A DNA stretch of 64,000 nucleotides from the human T2T-CHM13v2.0 reference genome, Homo sapiens, in NCBI RefSeq assembly GCF_009914755.1, contig NC_060938.1; one strand, given 5' to 3'. A model generated the notes under the pieces. The model ran no database searches and was not told where the DNA came from. It worked only from the letters and a program-made list of their open reading frames with translations. The first letter of the stretch is position 1, and each line of letters starts with the position of its first letter. The translations under genes and the position numbers were made by a program. Below are positions 49,113 through 63,085 of the stretch, piece by piece.

Positions 49113-50476
49113 TTTTTTAAAAAAAAAATTTACTTTAAGTTGTGGGATACACGTGCAGAATGCACAGGTTTGTTACATAGGTATACATGGGCCGTGGTGG
49201 TTTGCTGCACTTATTGACCCATCCTCAGAGTTCCCTCCCCCCATTCCCCACCCCTCAACAGGCCTGGTGTGTGTTGTTCCTCTCCCTGTGTCCATGTGCT
49301 CTCATTGTTCAACACCCACTGATGAGTGAGATTGTGGGGTGTTGGGTTTTCTGTTCCTGTGTTAGTTTGCTGAGGATGACAGCTTCCAGCTTCATCCATG
49401 TTCTTGGAAAGGACATGATCTCATTCCTTTTTATAGTTGCATAGTATTCCATGGTGTATATGTACCACATTTTCTTTATCCAGTCTATCATTGATGGGCA
49501 TTTGGGTTAGTTCCATTACTTTGCTATTGTAAATAGTGCTGCAATAAACATACGTGTGCATGTGTCTTTATAGAAGAATGATTTATATTCCTTTCAGTAC
49601 GTACCCAGAAATGGAATTGCTGGGTCAAATGGTATTTCTGGTTTTAGATCCTTGAGGAGTCACCACACTGTCTTCCACAATGGTTAAACTAATTTACACT
49701 CCCACCAACAGTGTAAAAGCATTCCTACTTCTCCACAGCCTCGCCAACATCTCCTGCTTCTTGACATTTTAATAATCACCATTCTGACTGGCCTGAGATG
49801 GTAACTCATCATGGTTTCGATTTGCACGTCTCTAATGATCAGTGATGTTGACCTTTATTTCATGTTTGTTGGCTGCATAAATGTCTTCTTTTGAGAAGTG
49901 TCTGTTCATATCCTTTGCCCACTTTTTGATGGGGGTTTTTCTTGTAAATTAGTTTAAGTTCCTTGTAAATTCTAGATGTTAGACCTTTGTCAGATGGGTA
50001 GATTGCAAAAATATTCTCCAATTCTGTAGGTTGCCTGTTCACTCTGATGCTAGTTTCTTTTGCTGTGCAGAAGCTCTTTAATTAGATCCCATATGTCAAT
50101 TTTAGCTTTTGTTGCAACTGCTTTTGGCATTTTCCTAATGAAGACTTTGCCTATGCCTATGTCCTGAATGGTATTGCGTAGGTTTTCTTCTAGGGTTTTT
50201 ATGGCTTGGGTTTTTACATTTAAGTCTTTAATCCATCTTGAGTTAATTTTTGTACAAGGTGTAAGGAAGGGGTCCAGTTCAGTTTTCTGCATATGGCTAG
50301 CCAGTTTTCCCAGCACCACTTATCGAATAGGATATCATTTTCCCATCGCTTGTTTTTGTTAGGTTTGTTGAAGGTCAGTTGGTTGTAGATGTGTGGTGTT
50401 ATTTCAGAGGTCTTCTTTCTGTTGCATTGGTCTATATGTCTGTTTTGGTACCAGTACCATGCTGTTTTGGTTACTG
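49113..50476 (-). mobile_element. 5'-truncated L1PA8-type element
   Basis: Antisense ORF2 end and 3'UTR (gacccatcctc..agttccctccc); 13-bp TSD ctgaatt(a/c)ttctt at 49100 and 50477. Confidence 0.93.
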
Positions 50477-50809
50477 CTGAATTCTTCTTAAACTGCTACC
50501 TTTCTCTTTGTTGGAGTCCTTTTTGTTGTTTTGTTGAACTACAAACAGTAATTTTCTTTTTTTTTTAGAAAAAGACTGTGTATACTAGATTTTTTGAATT
50601 ATTGTGTGTGTAAACAAATCTCTTTATATTTGAAATTTAGAACATTTATTAGCCACTTGACCAAATAAAATTTTATGTTTAAATAATTTTGACTCATAAT
50701 AATAAATAACTTATTTCAAATTCTTCTAGCATTCTTCACCAGAAGTCTGATGTCATTCTCACCTTTGTTCCTTTGAAGACAATTTAGTGTTTCTCTTTAG
50801 AAGTTTGCA

Positions 50810-51090
50810 TACACACTAAAAATAACTGAGGGTCCCAGTTGCTCCACATCCTCACCTCAGCTTAGCATTATTCTAAGAAGAATGTGTAGTCTTTGTGGTG
50901 GGTGGCTATTAATGTTTCATTTTGGTTTATATTTACATTTACCTAAGGACTTTGGGCATCTTTTTCTGTGTGTCCTTTGTGTCTTTGCCATGCATATGTA
51001 TTCTTCGGTGAAATATCTATTCAGATATTTTATCCTTTTCAAAATCAGGTTTGTTTTTGGGTTCTTGTTAATAACTTGTAAGTATTGAAA
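50810..51090 (-). mobile_element. Old L1M fragment
   Basis: ccagttgctccacatcctc and ttcttcggtgaaatatctattcaga; translation YLNRYFTEEYICMA resembles the ORF2 C-terminus. Confidence 0.65.
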
Positions 51091-51129
51091 CTGCATCCTG
51101 GACACTATATGGAATATACTATACAGTTG

Positions 51130-52170
51130 CATAAGCTTGGATACATCTCAAACTCAACAGGTCCACAATTGAACTCAGTTATCTTTTTTCTCCATCATAG
51201 CTGTTCATCTTTCAGTTATTCCCATCTTGGTAAATTACCCAATCAACTACAGCTGCTGAAAGAGGCTTGGTTTCTAGTATTTTCTCTTACCCAGCATCCA
51301 ATTCACCCTTCAATCTTTAAAAAAAAAATACAATTTTTTATCATCAATGAATCCAATCTAGTTCATGCCAAAATCATTTGTCAGTTACAATATTGTAATT
51401 GCCTTCAACCTGGTATCTCTTGTTTCAATAGTGCCTTCCTACAGAAACCAGAGTATTTTTAAAGACCCATAAATTCCTTGTTGTAACCTCTTTTCAAAGA
51501 TATGTCTCTTAAATTACACTAAATTCCAAAATCAACCATCATCTAAGTAATCACTCCCAAAATTGTACATATACCCATGCTGATTCACACTTTAGGATGC
51601 ATGAAAATCTGGAAAGTTTGGTAAAGCACGGATTTCCAGAACCACCCCTACGGATTCTAATTTTGTAGTTCTGGAGTGGGGAATACAACAAGCTCTCCTC
51701 AATGCTGGTACTGATATCCATGGATTATACATCCAAATCTACATGATCTTTGTCTTTCCGCAATCTCCAGCCCCATATTCATCTGTCACATGAGCCTTTT
51801 TTTTCTATCTTTTGGATGTGGCAACCTTGCAATCTGAGGAAACTTTTCTCTCCTTTCATTCTCTCCCTAGATTCTCTCCACACGTCCCAGGCTGCCTCTT
51901 TCTCGTTATTCAAGTTATATTCATAGGTCAACTCCTTGAAAAGCTCACATCCTTAGAATCCATTCTTTAATCGAGTAACTGATTACTTAATAATTCTATA
52001 ATTATTTTCTTACTAGCGTTTATCACCATTTGAAATTATCTTATTTGGTCATTTACGTTTTCATTTGTTTATTGACCACCTCACCCCTAGAAAATAAATG
52101 CCATTAAGAAAAGGACAGTGCCTTAATCAACCTGTATTCTGCATAGTTTTGAATACGTTCAAACATTTTT
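51130..52170 (+). mobile_element. L2 fragments with an embedded MER5-like piece (~51550-51730)
   Basis: catctcaaactcaaca..tccac.attgaactc, ccagagtattttt and L2-like 3' motifs; diverged. Confidence 0.55.
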
Positions 52171-53230
52171 TGGAAGATGGAATTTTAGGATGTCTGAAGA
52201 ATAGTGGCAGGAGAGAATCTTAATGAGCTAGGCAGAGATTAGTTCATTTAGGGCTATGGGTAAAATGCTCACACTCATCTAATAAAGTGTAACAAAAAGA
52301 TATGTCACATAAGGACCTATTTCTAGCTCTCCTCCTGGATTTTTGCTATCTCTCTCATTTGGTGATTTTGCTTATCTGTACATTTAGCAAATTGTACAAG
52401 CTTGATAAGCATTAACTATTTGGAAAGGATCCAGAAGCACTAATGAAGACAAAATGGTGAAGAAATATATTCTAGTATTTCTACAATGAGTGCACATGAC
52501 AAATTCCTTTGTGATAGCTCCAGTCATAAACACAGGAGAGTTATGTAGATTATCACCAACAGGCTAGTCACCTATGCTTCTCTGTAACTGAGCACCTCTT
52601 TATCCTAGAACTGCAGGCTTAAAATATTTGCCTCGATCTTGTGAAAGTTCAATCATTTTGGATTAGGGTAACACTATGAAACAAATTGGAATATCAAATG
52701 GTCATCAAATCCCTACTAGTGGAATGGTCAAAGAAATCTCAAACATCAGATATCACTGATGTTAATACTATATACGGTCATGGATTTTCCCTCTATTAAC
52801 ATCACCATACCTCTCCTATTTAAAGTAACAGCTTACAAAATTATACTTATAAAATTTTGAGACCTAACTAATATTGAAACTTCAATGATAAGTAAGTTGT
52901 TTCTTGTTTTTTTCAATTTTTTTAAAACCAAACATAGGAGTCATAATTATTTTAAATCAACTTAAAATTGGTTGCAAGTGTGAATAGAAAACTTAACTAG
53001 ATATTAATCTTTAAATTTTGAATTAATTTGACTGCATTATTTTTGACCTGCTTTTCATAGTTCCAAATGTTAATGAAAAATGTTTTATACATTCATGACT
53101 TAATGACTGCTATCATTTCCAAATATAACAAATGTAGACTATCAGTAAATATCATACAGCAATGATCAAAATCAATAATTGGGCTACTGTTTTTTAAAGA
53201 AAAAAAGGCGCGCCTTAGTTCAAAACAAAC

Positions 53231-53259
53231 CTAACACTGCCATGGAAATGTCTTTTTCT
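53231..53259 (-). other. Candidate 29-nt microexon
   Basis: tactgattgaaTGCtttcttgaagttttaacAG|AGAAAAAGACATTTCCATGGCAGTGTTAG|GTTTGT in non-repeat sequence. Confidence 0.35.
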
Positions 53260-54928
53260 CTGTTAAAACTTCAAGAAAGCATTCAATCAGTAACCGCACC
53301 CACCCCCAGTCATGTAAAATGAAAAAAAGAAGAAACGAAAAAAATTCACAACTTTATATCTCAGATAAATAAAGTATGGTATATAGTCAAAGACACAGGA
53401 CATGAGATTATTCTCTCCATTGTTCATATGTTCATGCTAGTTATCTGAAAATTTGATACTTACATTTTATTTGTCCCATTCTGCAATACAAAATAGGCTA
53501 TTAAAAATGTTTGATCTGATCCACTAATAACAAACTTCAATAAGGTTGTATTTCAAAATACGAGTATATATGAAAGTGAGGACAATGTCAAGTTTACTGA
53601 ACTAAACTTTATATCAATACAAATAAATTGCAATTGCATTCTCTGATTTAAACCTGTCAAATCAGCAAACAAATAGGACTATATATATTCAATATTTGAC
53701 TTCAATCTTGAAGAGATGAAAATGTTTCTACTCATCTTAAAATGCCAGCTTTCTGTGATCTCTTAAGAGACTAAATTATAAATTGCAGACTAAGTGTATC
53801 AAAGCTTTCAAAATGTAATAAACAGGAAGCTTTGATGTTTCTGGCCTCTTAGGAAGCATTATGGCTATCTTATGTCATTGTTCGTAGACTAATATGCCCA
53901 TACTCCTCTAATCAAAATTTATGAAAGTTTTACTTTCCCCCATAGACTTTCAGATCACAATGGAAAGCTCATCACATGGAATTATTCAGCCTCTTTGGTC
54001 TGGAAATCTGAACACACATCTACACAATTTTTCACTATTGAGAGGACACGCTGGTTTTAAAGTCTGTCTCCTATTTTCAACAATCCAAACTTCATTTCTA
54101 TGGAAACAGGACTCTATAGCCTGCAGGTAATGTTAACCCAGCCTCTAATACTAGTGCTGGTAGCTGACTTCCATTTCTTTTCCCGGTGAAAATAGATGTC
54201 AAAATGGTTAGGACTAAGGAAAGGTCTTGCAATGCTTCTTATAAAAAACTTATCTTATTTCAGTTGATCCAATTTCTTCAGAAACAAGATGCTAAAGGCA
54301 ACCAGATATTGAGAATGAAACTACCAGCTCATTTTAACTCCAAGGTGTCAGGCAAGTCTATGAATAAACTGCTATATAAAGCAAAAGAGCACTGAATTTT
54401 TGGGTTCTTGAAATATTGAGGCATTACACATAGAAAAAAACTACTATTTAAGACATTAAACTTTTTATTTCATTTTAAAAATTTTATTTTAAAACTACAT
54501 TTTAGGTACTTACAACAGAGACTTACGTATTATCTTTTAATACTTTAATCATAAAATTATACAAATAGCCTGGTACATGTAATGAAATGTGGTCTCACAG
54601 AGTACATCAAAGATAATCTAATCATTGTTCCTATACATTAGCACTAGAAGGGATCCTTTCTCTTATGTGTTAACACCTGTTTTTCAAAATAGTGTCTTGT
54701 GGCATTAGTTATTGGTATTAAGAGATCAAATTAAATAACCTGGGTTGGAACACATCAAAATATGAGTACCCTATAGCTATAAAATGTCTAATACTTAAGT
54801 TTAAAACACATGACATTAACATCACTGAAGTATCTGTTAAAGTACAATCCCTTTAGAAAGGAGTCTCATGATCATCATATCTAAACTAGGAGCTCACTAG
54901 TCATTCTCCCCTGCTCCTATTGGTATAC

Positions 54929-54932
<4 letters not shown>

Positions 54933-54972
<40 letters not shown>
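54933..54972. repeat. (TA)20 microsatellite
   Basis: Read directly. Confidence 0.95.
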
Positions 54973-54975
<3 letters not shown>

Positions 54976-55260
54976 TGTGGTGTGGTGGTGTGTGTGTGTA
55001 TAACTAGTATGTATATGTTAAATGTACATATAAAAATACAAGTATTTTTAATAAAAAGGGGACCACTCTAGATTAGAAGAGACTTGAGTAGCTGATGGTA
55101 AGATGTAATATGTGGTTGTTAATTAGATATGGGTTTAGACAAAGCATCTATTAAAATGCTAAGAAAAAAATTTATTTTCAAGGAGAGTTGGAAATCATTA
55201 GTTGAAAAAGGCAGGTTACAAAGGAGAAAGAATATGATCTCATTTTGGTAAAAAAAAATT

Positions 55261-55685
55261 TGGCCCGGTTCAGGCCAAAAATCGTATCTATGATCTTTCA
55301 GGACTGACCATCAGCAATTACAAGGTTCTGCCTGGCAAGTTTCAGTAGGGAAAGTGAACCTCGCCACACCAAAATTGGTGTGCAAAGCCAGTGCCTTACA
55401 GTTTTCTGGAGGGAGTTGCAGTTCAGGACGCAGCAATCTACTCCCAGTCCAACCATGCTCTTACATATCTGCATTTCTAGACCAACCACTTCCTTTCAAA
55501 GTCCTTTGTATTAAAGACTCATCTGAGATACTTCCCAGGTGTCCTCACCAAGAGCTCCGTCGTGAGAATCTCAGCTGAGGCATTTTTCTCTACTTTAACT
55601 CAGTTCCTTTCCGCTCTCAGCCCTTTCCTTTCTTCTCCCCTGTTCCAAGAGTCCTTAAAGAGGCAGAAGTCTTTGGTTTGGTTTC
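55261..55685. mobile_element. Probable partial old ERV LTR (family not assigned)
   Basis: A more GC-rich block starting TG that, together with the L1PB, appears to interrupt an L1ME-like 3' end. Confidence 0.3.
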
Positions 55686-55693
55686 ATTATTTA

Positions 55694-58600
55694 AGATAGC
55701 TTACAGAAAAAAACAATCAAACCTTCAAGAAACATTGGACACACTTATAGACATGCAAAATGCTCTGGAAAGTCTCAGCAATATAACAGAACAAGTAGAA
55801 GAAAGAAATTCAGAGCTCAAAGACTAGGTCTTCGAATTAACCTAATCCAACAGAGACAAAGAAAAAAGAATAAGAAAATATGAACAAAGCCTCCAAGAAG
55901 TCTGGGATTATGTTAAATGACCAAACCTAAGAATAATCAGTGTTCCTGAGGAATAAGACAATTCTAAAAGCTTGGAAAACATATCTGGGGGAATAATTGA
56001 AGAAAATTTCCTTGGCCTTGCTAGAGACCTAGACATCCAAATACAAGTAGGACAAAGAACACCTAGAGATTTCATCACAAAAAGATCATCACTTAGGCAC
56101 ATTGTCATCAGATTATCCAAAGTTAAGTTGAAGGGAAGAATCTTAAGAGCTATGAGACAGAAGCACCAGGTAACCTATAAAGGAAAACCTATCAGATTAA
56201 CAGCAGATTTCTTCACAGAAACCCTACAAGCTAGAAGGGATTGGAGCCCTATCTTCAGCCTCCTCAAACAAAACAATAATCAGTCAAGAATTTTGTATCA
56301 AGCAAAACTAAGCATCATATATGAAGGAAAGATACTGTCTTTCTCAGACAAACAAATGCTGAGAGAATTCACCACTACCAACCCACGAATACAACAACTG
56401 CTAAAAGGAGCTCTAAATTTTGAAACCAATCCTTGAAACACATCGAAATAGAACCTCTTTAAAGCATAAATCACACAGGACCTATAAAACAAAAACACAA
56501 GTTAAAAAGCCAAAACAAAAAAAAACAAAAATCCCAAGTACACAGGCAGCAAATAGCACAATGAATGCAACAGTACCTCCTATCTCAATACTAACATTGA
56601 ATGTAAATGGCCTAAATGCTCTACTTAAAGGATACAGAACCACAGAATGGATAAGAACTCACCAACCATCTGTTGCCTTCAGGAGACTCACCTAACACAT
56701 AAGTACTCACATAAGCTTAAAGCAAAAGGGTGGAAAAAGGCATTTCATGCAAATGGACACCAAAAGTGAGCAAGGGTAGCTATTCTTTTATCAGACAAAA
56801 CAAACTTTAAGCAACAGCAGTTAAAAGAGACAGAGAGGGACATTATACAATGGTAAAAGGCCTTGTGCAACAGGAAAATATCACAATCCTAAACATATAT
56901 ACACCTAACACTGGAGCTCCCAAATTTATTAAAAAATTACAAATAGACCTAAGAAATGAGATAGACAGCAACACAGTAATAGTGGGGGACTTCAATACTC
57001 CACTGGCAGCCCCAGACAGGTCATCAAGACAGAAAGTCAGCAAAGAAACAATGGATTTAAAATACACTTTGGAACAAATGGACTTAACAGATATACACAG
57101 AACAGTTCATCCAACCACTGTAGAATACACATTCTATTCAACAGTGCATAGCATTTTCTCCAAGATATACCATATGATAGGCCCTAAAACAAGCCTCAAT
57201 AAATTTAAGAAAATTGAAATTATATCAAGCACTCTCTCAGATCACAGGGGAATAAAACAAAAGCAACTCCAAAAGGAACCTTCAAAACCATGCAAAAACA
57301 TGGAAATTAAATAACCTGTTCCTAAATGAGAACTGGGTCAAAAACGAAATCAAGTTGGAAATTTAAATATTCTTCAAACTGAATGATAATAATGACACAA
57401 CCTATCAAAACCTCTGGGATACAGCAAAGGCGGTGCTAAGAGGAAAGTTCATAGCCCTAAAGGCCTACATCAAAAAGACCAAAAGAGCACAAACGGACAT
57501 TCTAAGATCGCACCTCATGGCACTAGAGAAACAAGAACAAACCAAACCCAAACCCAGCAGAAGAAATGAAATAACCAAGATCAGAGCAGAACTAAATGAA
57601 ATCAAAACAAAACAACAACAACAAAACCCACAAAAGATAAGTGAAACAAAAATCTGTTTCTTTGAAAAGATAAATAAAATTGATAGACCATTAGCAGGAT
57701 TAACCAAGAAAAGAAGAGAGAAAATCCAAATAACCTCATTAGAAACAAAACAGATATTATAACTGACACTACTGAAATACAAAGTATCATTCAAAGCTAC
57801 TATGAACATCTTTACACCTATAAACTAGAAGACCTAGAAGAGATGGATAAATTCCAATAAAAATACAACCCTCCTAGCTTAAGTCAGGAAGAATTAGATA
57901 TCCTGAACAGACCAATAACAATCAGCAAGATTGAAATGGTAATTTAAAAAATTACCAACCAAAAACAGTTCAAGACCAGACAGATTCACAGCAGACTTCT
58001 ATCAGCCATTCAAAGAGGAATTGGTACCAATCCTTTCGACACTATTCCACAAGATAAAGAAGGAACCCTCCCTAATTCATTCTATGAAGCCGGTATCACA
58101 CTAATACCAAAACCAGGAAAAGACAACCAAACAAGAAAACTACAAACTGATATCCTTGATGAACACAGATGCTAAAATTCTCAACAAAATATTAGCTAAC
58201 AAAATCCAACAATATATAAAAAGATAATCCACCACGGTCAAGTGGGTTTCATACCAGGGACAGAGGGATGGTTTAACACGTACAAGTCAATAAATGTGAT
58301 ACACCACATAAACAGAATTAAAAACAAAAATCACATGATCACCTCAATAGATGCAGAAAAAGCATCGACAAAATCCAGCATTACTTTGTGATTAAAACTC
58401 TCAGCGAAATCAGCATACGAGGGACATACGTCAATGTAATAAAAGCCATCTATGACAAACCCACAGCCAACATTATATTGAATTGGGAAAAGATGAAAAT
58501 ATTCCCTCTGAGAACCGGAACAAGACAAGGATGCCAACTCTCACCACTCCTCTTCAACATAGTACTGGAAGTCCTACCCAGAGCAACCAGACAAGAGAAG

Positions 58601-60197
58601 AAATAAAGGGCATCCAAATCAGTAAAGAGGAAGTCAAACTGTCACTGTTTGATGACAATATGATCGTTTACCTTGAAAACCCTAAAGACTCCTCCAGAAA
58701 GTTCCTAGAACTGATAAAAAGAATTCAGCAAAGTTTCCAGATACAAGATTAATGTACACAAATCAGTAGCTCTTTTATACACAAATAACAACCAACTGGA
58801 GAATCAAATCAAGAACTCAACCCCTTTTACAATAGCTGCAAATAAATAAATAAATAAAATATTCAGGAATATACCTAACCAAAGAATTGAAAGACCTCTA
58901 CAAGTGAAACTACAAAACACTGCTGAAAGAAATCATAGATAATACAAAAAAATGGAAACACATCCCATGCTCATGGAGGGGAAGAATCAATATTGTGAAA
59001 ATGACCATAATGCTGAAAGCAATCTATAATTTCAATGTAATCCCCATTAAAATACCACCATCGTTCTTCACAGAATTAGAAAAAACAATTGTAAAATTCA
59101 TGTGGAATGAAAAAAGAGCCTGCATAGGCAAAGCAAGACTAAGCAAAGAGAAAAAATCTGGAGGCATCATCAAACTACCTGATTTCAAACTATACTATAA
59201 AACCATAGTCTCCAAAACAGCATGGTACTGGTATAAAAATAGGCACATAGACCAATATAACAGAATAGAGAACCCAGAAATAAACCCAAATACTTACAGT
59301 CAACTGAACTTTGACACAGCAAACAAAAACATAAAGTAGGGAAAGGACACCATTTTCAAAAAATGGTGCTGGGATAATTGGCTAACCACATATAGGAGAA
59401 TGAAACTGGATCCTCATCTCTCACCTTATAAAAAAATCGACTCATGATGGATTAAGGACTTAAATATAAGACCTGAAACTACAAAAATTATAGAAGATAA
59501 CACTGGAAAGACCCTTCTAGGCATTGGCTTAGGCAAGGATTTCATGACCCAGAACCCAAAAGCAAATACAATAAAAGCGAAGATAAATAGTTAGGACTTA
59601 ATTAAACTAAAGAGTTTTTGCAAAGCAAAAGTAACAGTCTGCAGAGTATTCAGACAACCCAAAGAGTGGGAGAAAATCTTCACAATCTTTACATCTGACA
59701 AAGGACTAATATCCAGAATCTACCACAAACTCAAACAAATCAGTAAGTAAAAAACAATCCCATCAAAAAGTGGGCTAAGGACATGAATAGAAAATTCTCA
59801 AAAGAAGATATGCAAATGACCAACAAACATATGAAAAAATGCTCAACATCACTAATGATCAAATCAAAACCACAATGCAATAGCACCTTACTCCTATAAG
59901 AATGGCAATAATCAAAAAATAGTAGATGTTGGCATGGGTGCAATGATTGGGGAACACGTCTACACTGCTGGTGGGAATATAAACTATTATAGCCACTGTG
60001 AAAAACAGTGTGGAGACTCCTTACCATTTGATCCAGCAATCCCACCACTGGGTATCTACCCAGAGGAAAAGAAGTCATTATATGAAAAAGATACTTGCAC
60101 ACGCATGTTTATAGCAGCAGAATTAACAATTGCAAAATCATGGAACCAACCCAAATGCCCATCAATCAACGAGTAGATTAAAAAAAGAAAACTGTCG

Positions 60198-60228
<31 letters not shown>

Positions 60229-60607
60229 GAATACTACTCAGCCATAAAAAAGGAATTAATTAACAGCATTTGCACTAACCTGGATGAGTTTGGAGACTAT
60301 TATTCTAAGCGAAGTAACTCAGGAATGGAAAACCAAACATCGTATGCTCTCACTGATATGAGGGAGCTAAGCTATGAGGATGCAAAGGCATAAGAATGAC
60401 ACAATGGACTGTGGGGACTGGGAGAAAGAGTGGGAGGGGGGCAAGGGATAAAAGACCACAAATATGGGGCAGTGTATACTGTCTGGGTGATGGGTGCACC
60501 AAAATCTCACAAATCACCACTAAAGAACTTACTCATCTAACCAAATACCACCTGTACTGCAATAACTTATGGAAAAAAATAAATAGTATTAATTCAAAAA
60601 AGAAAGA
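55694..60607 (+). mobile_element. L1PB1-type element, truncated within ORF1
   Basis: ORF1 and ORF2 fragments; 3'UTR gggtgatgggtgcaccaaaatctcacaaatcaccactaaagaact; possible 8-bp TSD attattta at 55686 and 60608. Confidence 0.93.
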
Positions 60608-61909
60608 ATTATTTAGCACTTTATCTTTCATATAATATATAATACATATATTGATTTAAAATGTGTGTGTATCATAAATATAATATGTAAAACAAACACC
60701 AACCTCCTCTGGGGAAGGAGAGGAATTATTAGGTAGAAACTTCAAATGTATCTGTAACATATCGTTTCTATCATATCTGAAGCACAGATGGTAAAATGTT
60801 GATTTGATAAATCTAGCTATTAGGAACAGAGGTGTTTATTATATTACTATACTTTACCGTATTATGTAAGAATTTTCAAATTATTAAAATTAAAGCAATA
60901 TGTGCACATAAAAAAGGTTGTACATCTTGCACATATCTCTTATACTATTTGCAGTTTATAAAGAACGTTTACATGTATCAGCTCATATCCATCTGTAACA
61001 CTATTCATCAACTAGTAGGAAAACAAATTCACTGCAGTATTTGATCAACAAATAAATCATATGTTACCGGAAATTGCAGTTCAAACAAGTTGCTTTATAA
61101 AGCGGTTTTGAATAGAAAATTTAAATTCTGTCAAGTAACAAATCACAAATTAAATGAATACAAGCTAAATGAAAAAGCATTGATTTAAAAGATTTTTAAA
61201 TTCAACAAAGCAGTTAAGTAGCATGCCACCTAATAAAAAGGGTTGTAACATAATATGACTTGAAATCAGCAGGCAGGTAAATGAGGAGTATGGCAAATAA
61301 TAAAAATTCAACATTAATGCTACCATGTACACACATGCATATTTATTTATTAGACTATATGGGTATTTTATTAAAAGTTGGTAAGTCTCCTGGTATGGAA
61401 AGCTAAAACCAATTTATATTTCTCAGACTCATATATAAAGCATACAGTTTAGGACTCCTGTATTTTATTTGAACCCATCACAATAAAATTTTAACCTTCA
61501 GGAAAATAATGAAAGAATAGAGAAGAAAAATTAAATTGAATATGGAATTTTCCAAATAACTTTGCTCTAGAGACTGTTGGTTTTTTAAAGCTTTCATTTT
61601 CATTACTATTTGTTGTTAAGACAAATCCACAAATCATTTCACAACAGAAGACTTTTCAGCAAACCTGCATTGACTTACTATGAGACATATCTAAAGAAGC
61701 TTATTTAGGGAGAATCTCAGAATTGGAAACGAGCTCAGAAACTAACTAATCCAATGAATGCCTCAATATCTGTGGTAGTGATCATTCAGCATCCACTTGA
61801 ATATTTTTAACTATAAAAAAACTTAAGTACTTACTAAGGTATTGCATCATTAAATGCATACAAATTTGGAGAGGGCTGAAAATATAGATCATGAAGATTC
61901 ACGAAGTTT

Positions 61910-62240
61910 TTCCAGAGCTATACGACAGTCCTATATCAGGAAGCTACCGGCTCCAGACATCCAAAATAAAGCTGCCAATACCAGGAAATGACAAGAATTG
62001 AAAATATCCTAACCAGGGGATGCCTACTATGATCTATAACAACTAGATGGATGCTGGGAGCCCTGTTTCTTCCCATCCCCCACCTCACTTCTGTCTTCTA
62101 AATCACATGCAAGGGCATCTGATTGCTAAACCTTAGTTACATTCAGAACCCCAGTAGCCAAATAGCCCAGAAAATACTATTGTTAGCTTCTAGTCTCTGC
62201 ACAATAGAGGAATGCTGGTACAGTGATAAAATGGAGCTGA
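61910..62240 (-). mobile_element. Old MLT1-like LTR fragment
   Basis: gcatctgattg..aaaccttagttacat motif; heavily diverged. Confidence 0.4.
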
Positions 62241-62836
62241 GTTGCAGTTTCACACATTCATCGGAGACAAAAACCTAAGCTTCTCTTTTATCTCCATGAA
62301 GTATTTCCTCCTGTAGTGTTCTAAGCCTCAATCCAAGCAATAGTTATTTTAAAGTGTTTAAAGATCTACCATATTACATAGCATGTCCCTCCTTTTTGGT
62401 ATTCTATTCTAAGCAGAGGCTGAGGGTGTATCATCTTACTTTAAGTTCCTTGTGCCTTATCTTTACAAAATCTAAGTAACTCTAACATATTACACAGGTA
62501 ACATCGTTTAGCAGTATAAATTAACATTTTTAACATTTAATCACTTTGTCCCCTTCAAATCAAAGAGATAATACAATCCATAAGGTAAAAATGGGTAAAC
62601 AGGTCACTTTTTATATGTTAATAGTAACGTTATTTATGTACCTTTTATTCCTCTACAAATTAGTTGTTTCTCTCCATGTAAACGTAAAGTATATTTTGAC
62701 TTCTAGGTTGTAAGAGCTGTATACATTTATCACATATCAAATGTAAAATATAAATATTTAAATAACTAAAAAGACCAACAGAGTTTCAGCAGATACAATT
62801 AAATTACTCTGTTCCTCACTGAAATTTGTATATTCA

Positions 62837-63085
<249 letters not shown>

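Noticed and set aside
55680-60620. L1PB insertion-mediated deletion
   Set aside because: An 8-bp direct repeat (attattta) flanks the element, so absence of a TSD cannot be claimed.
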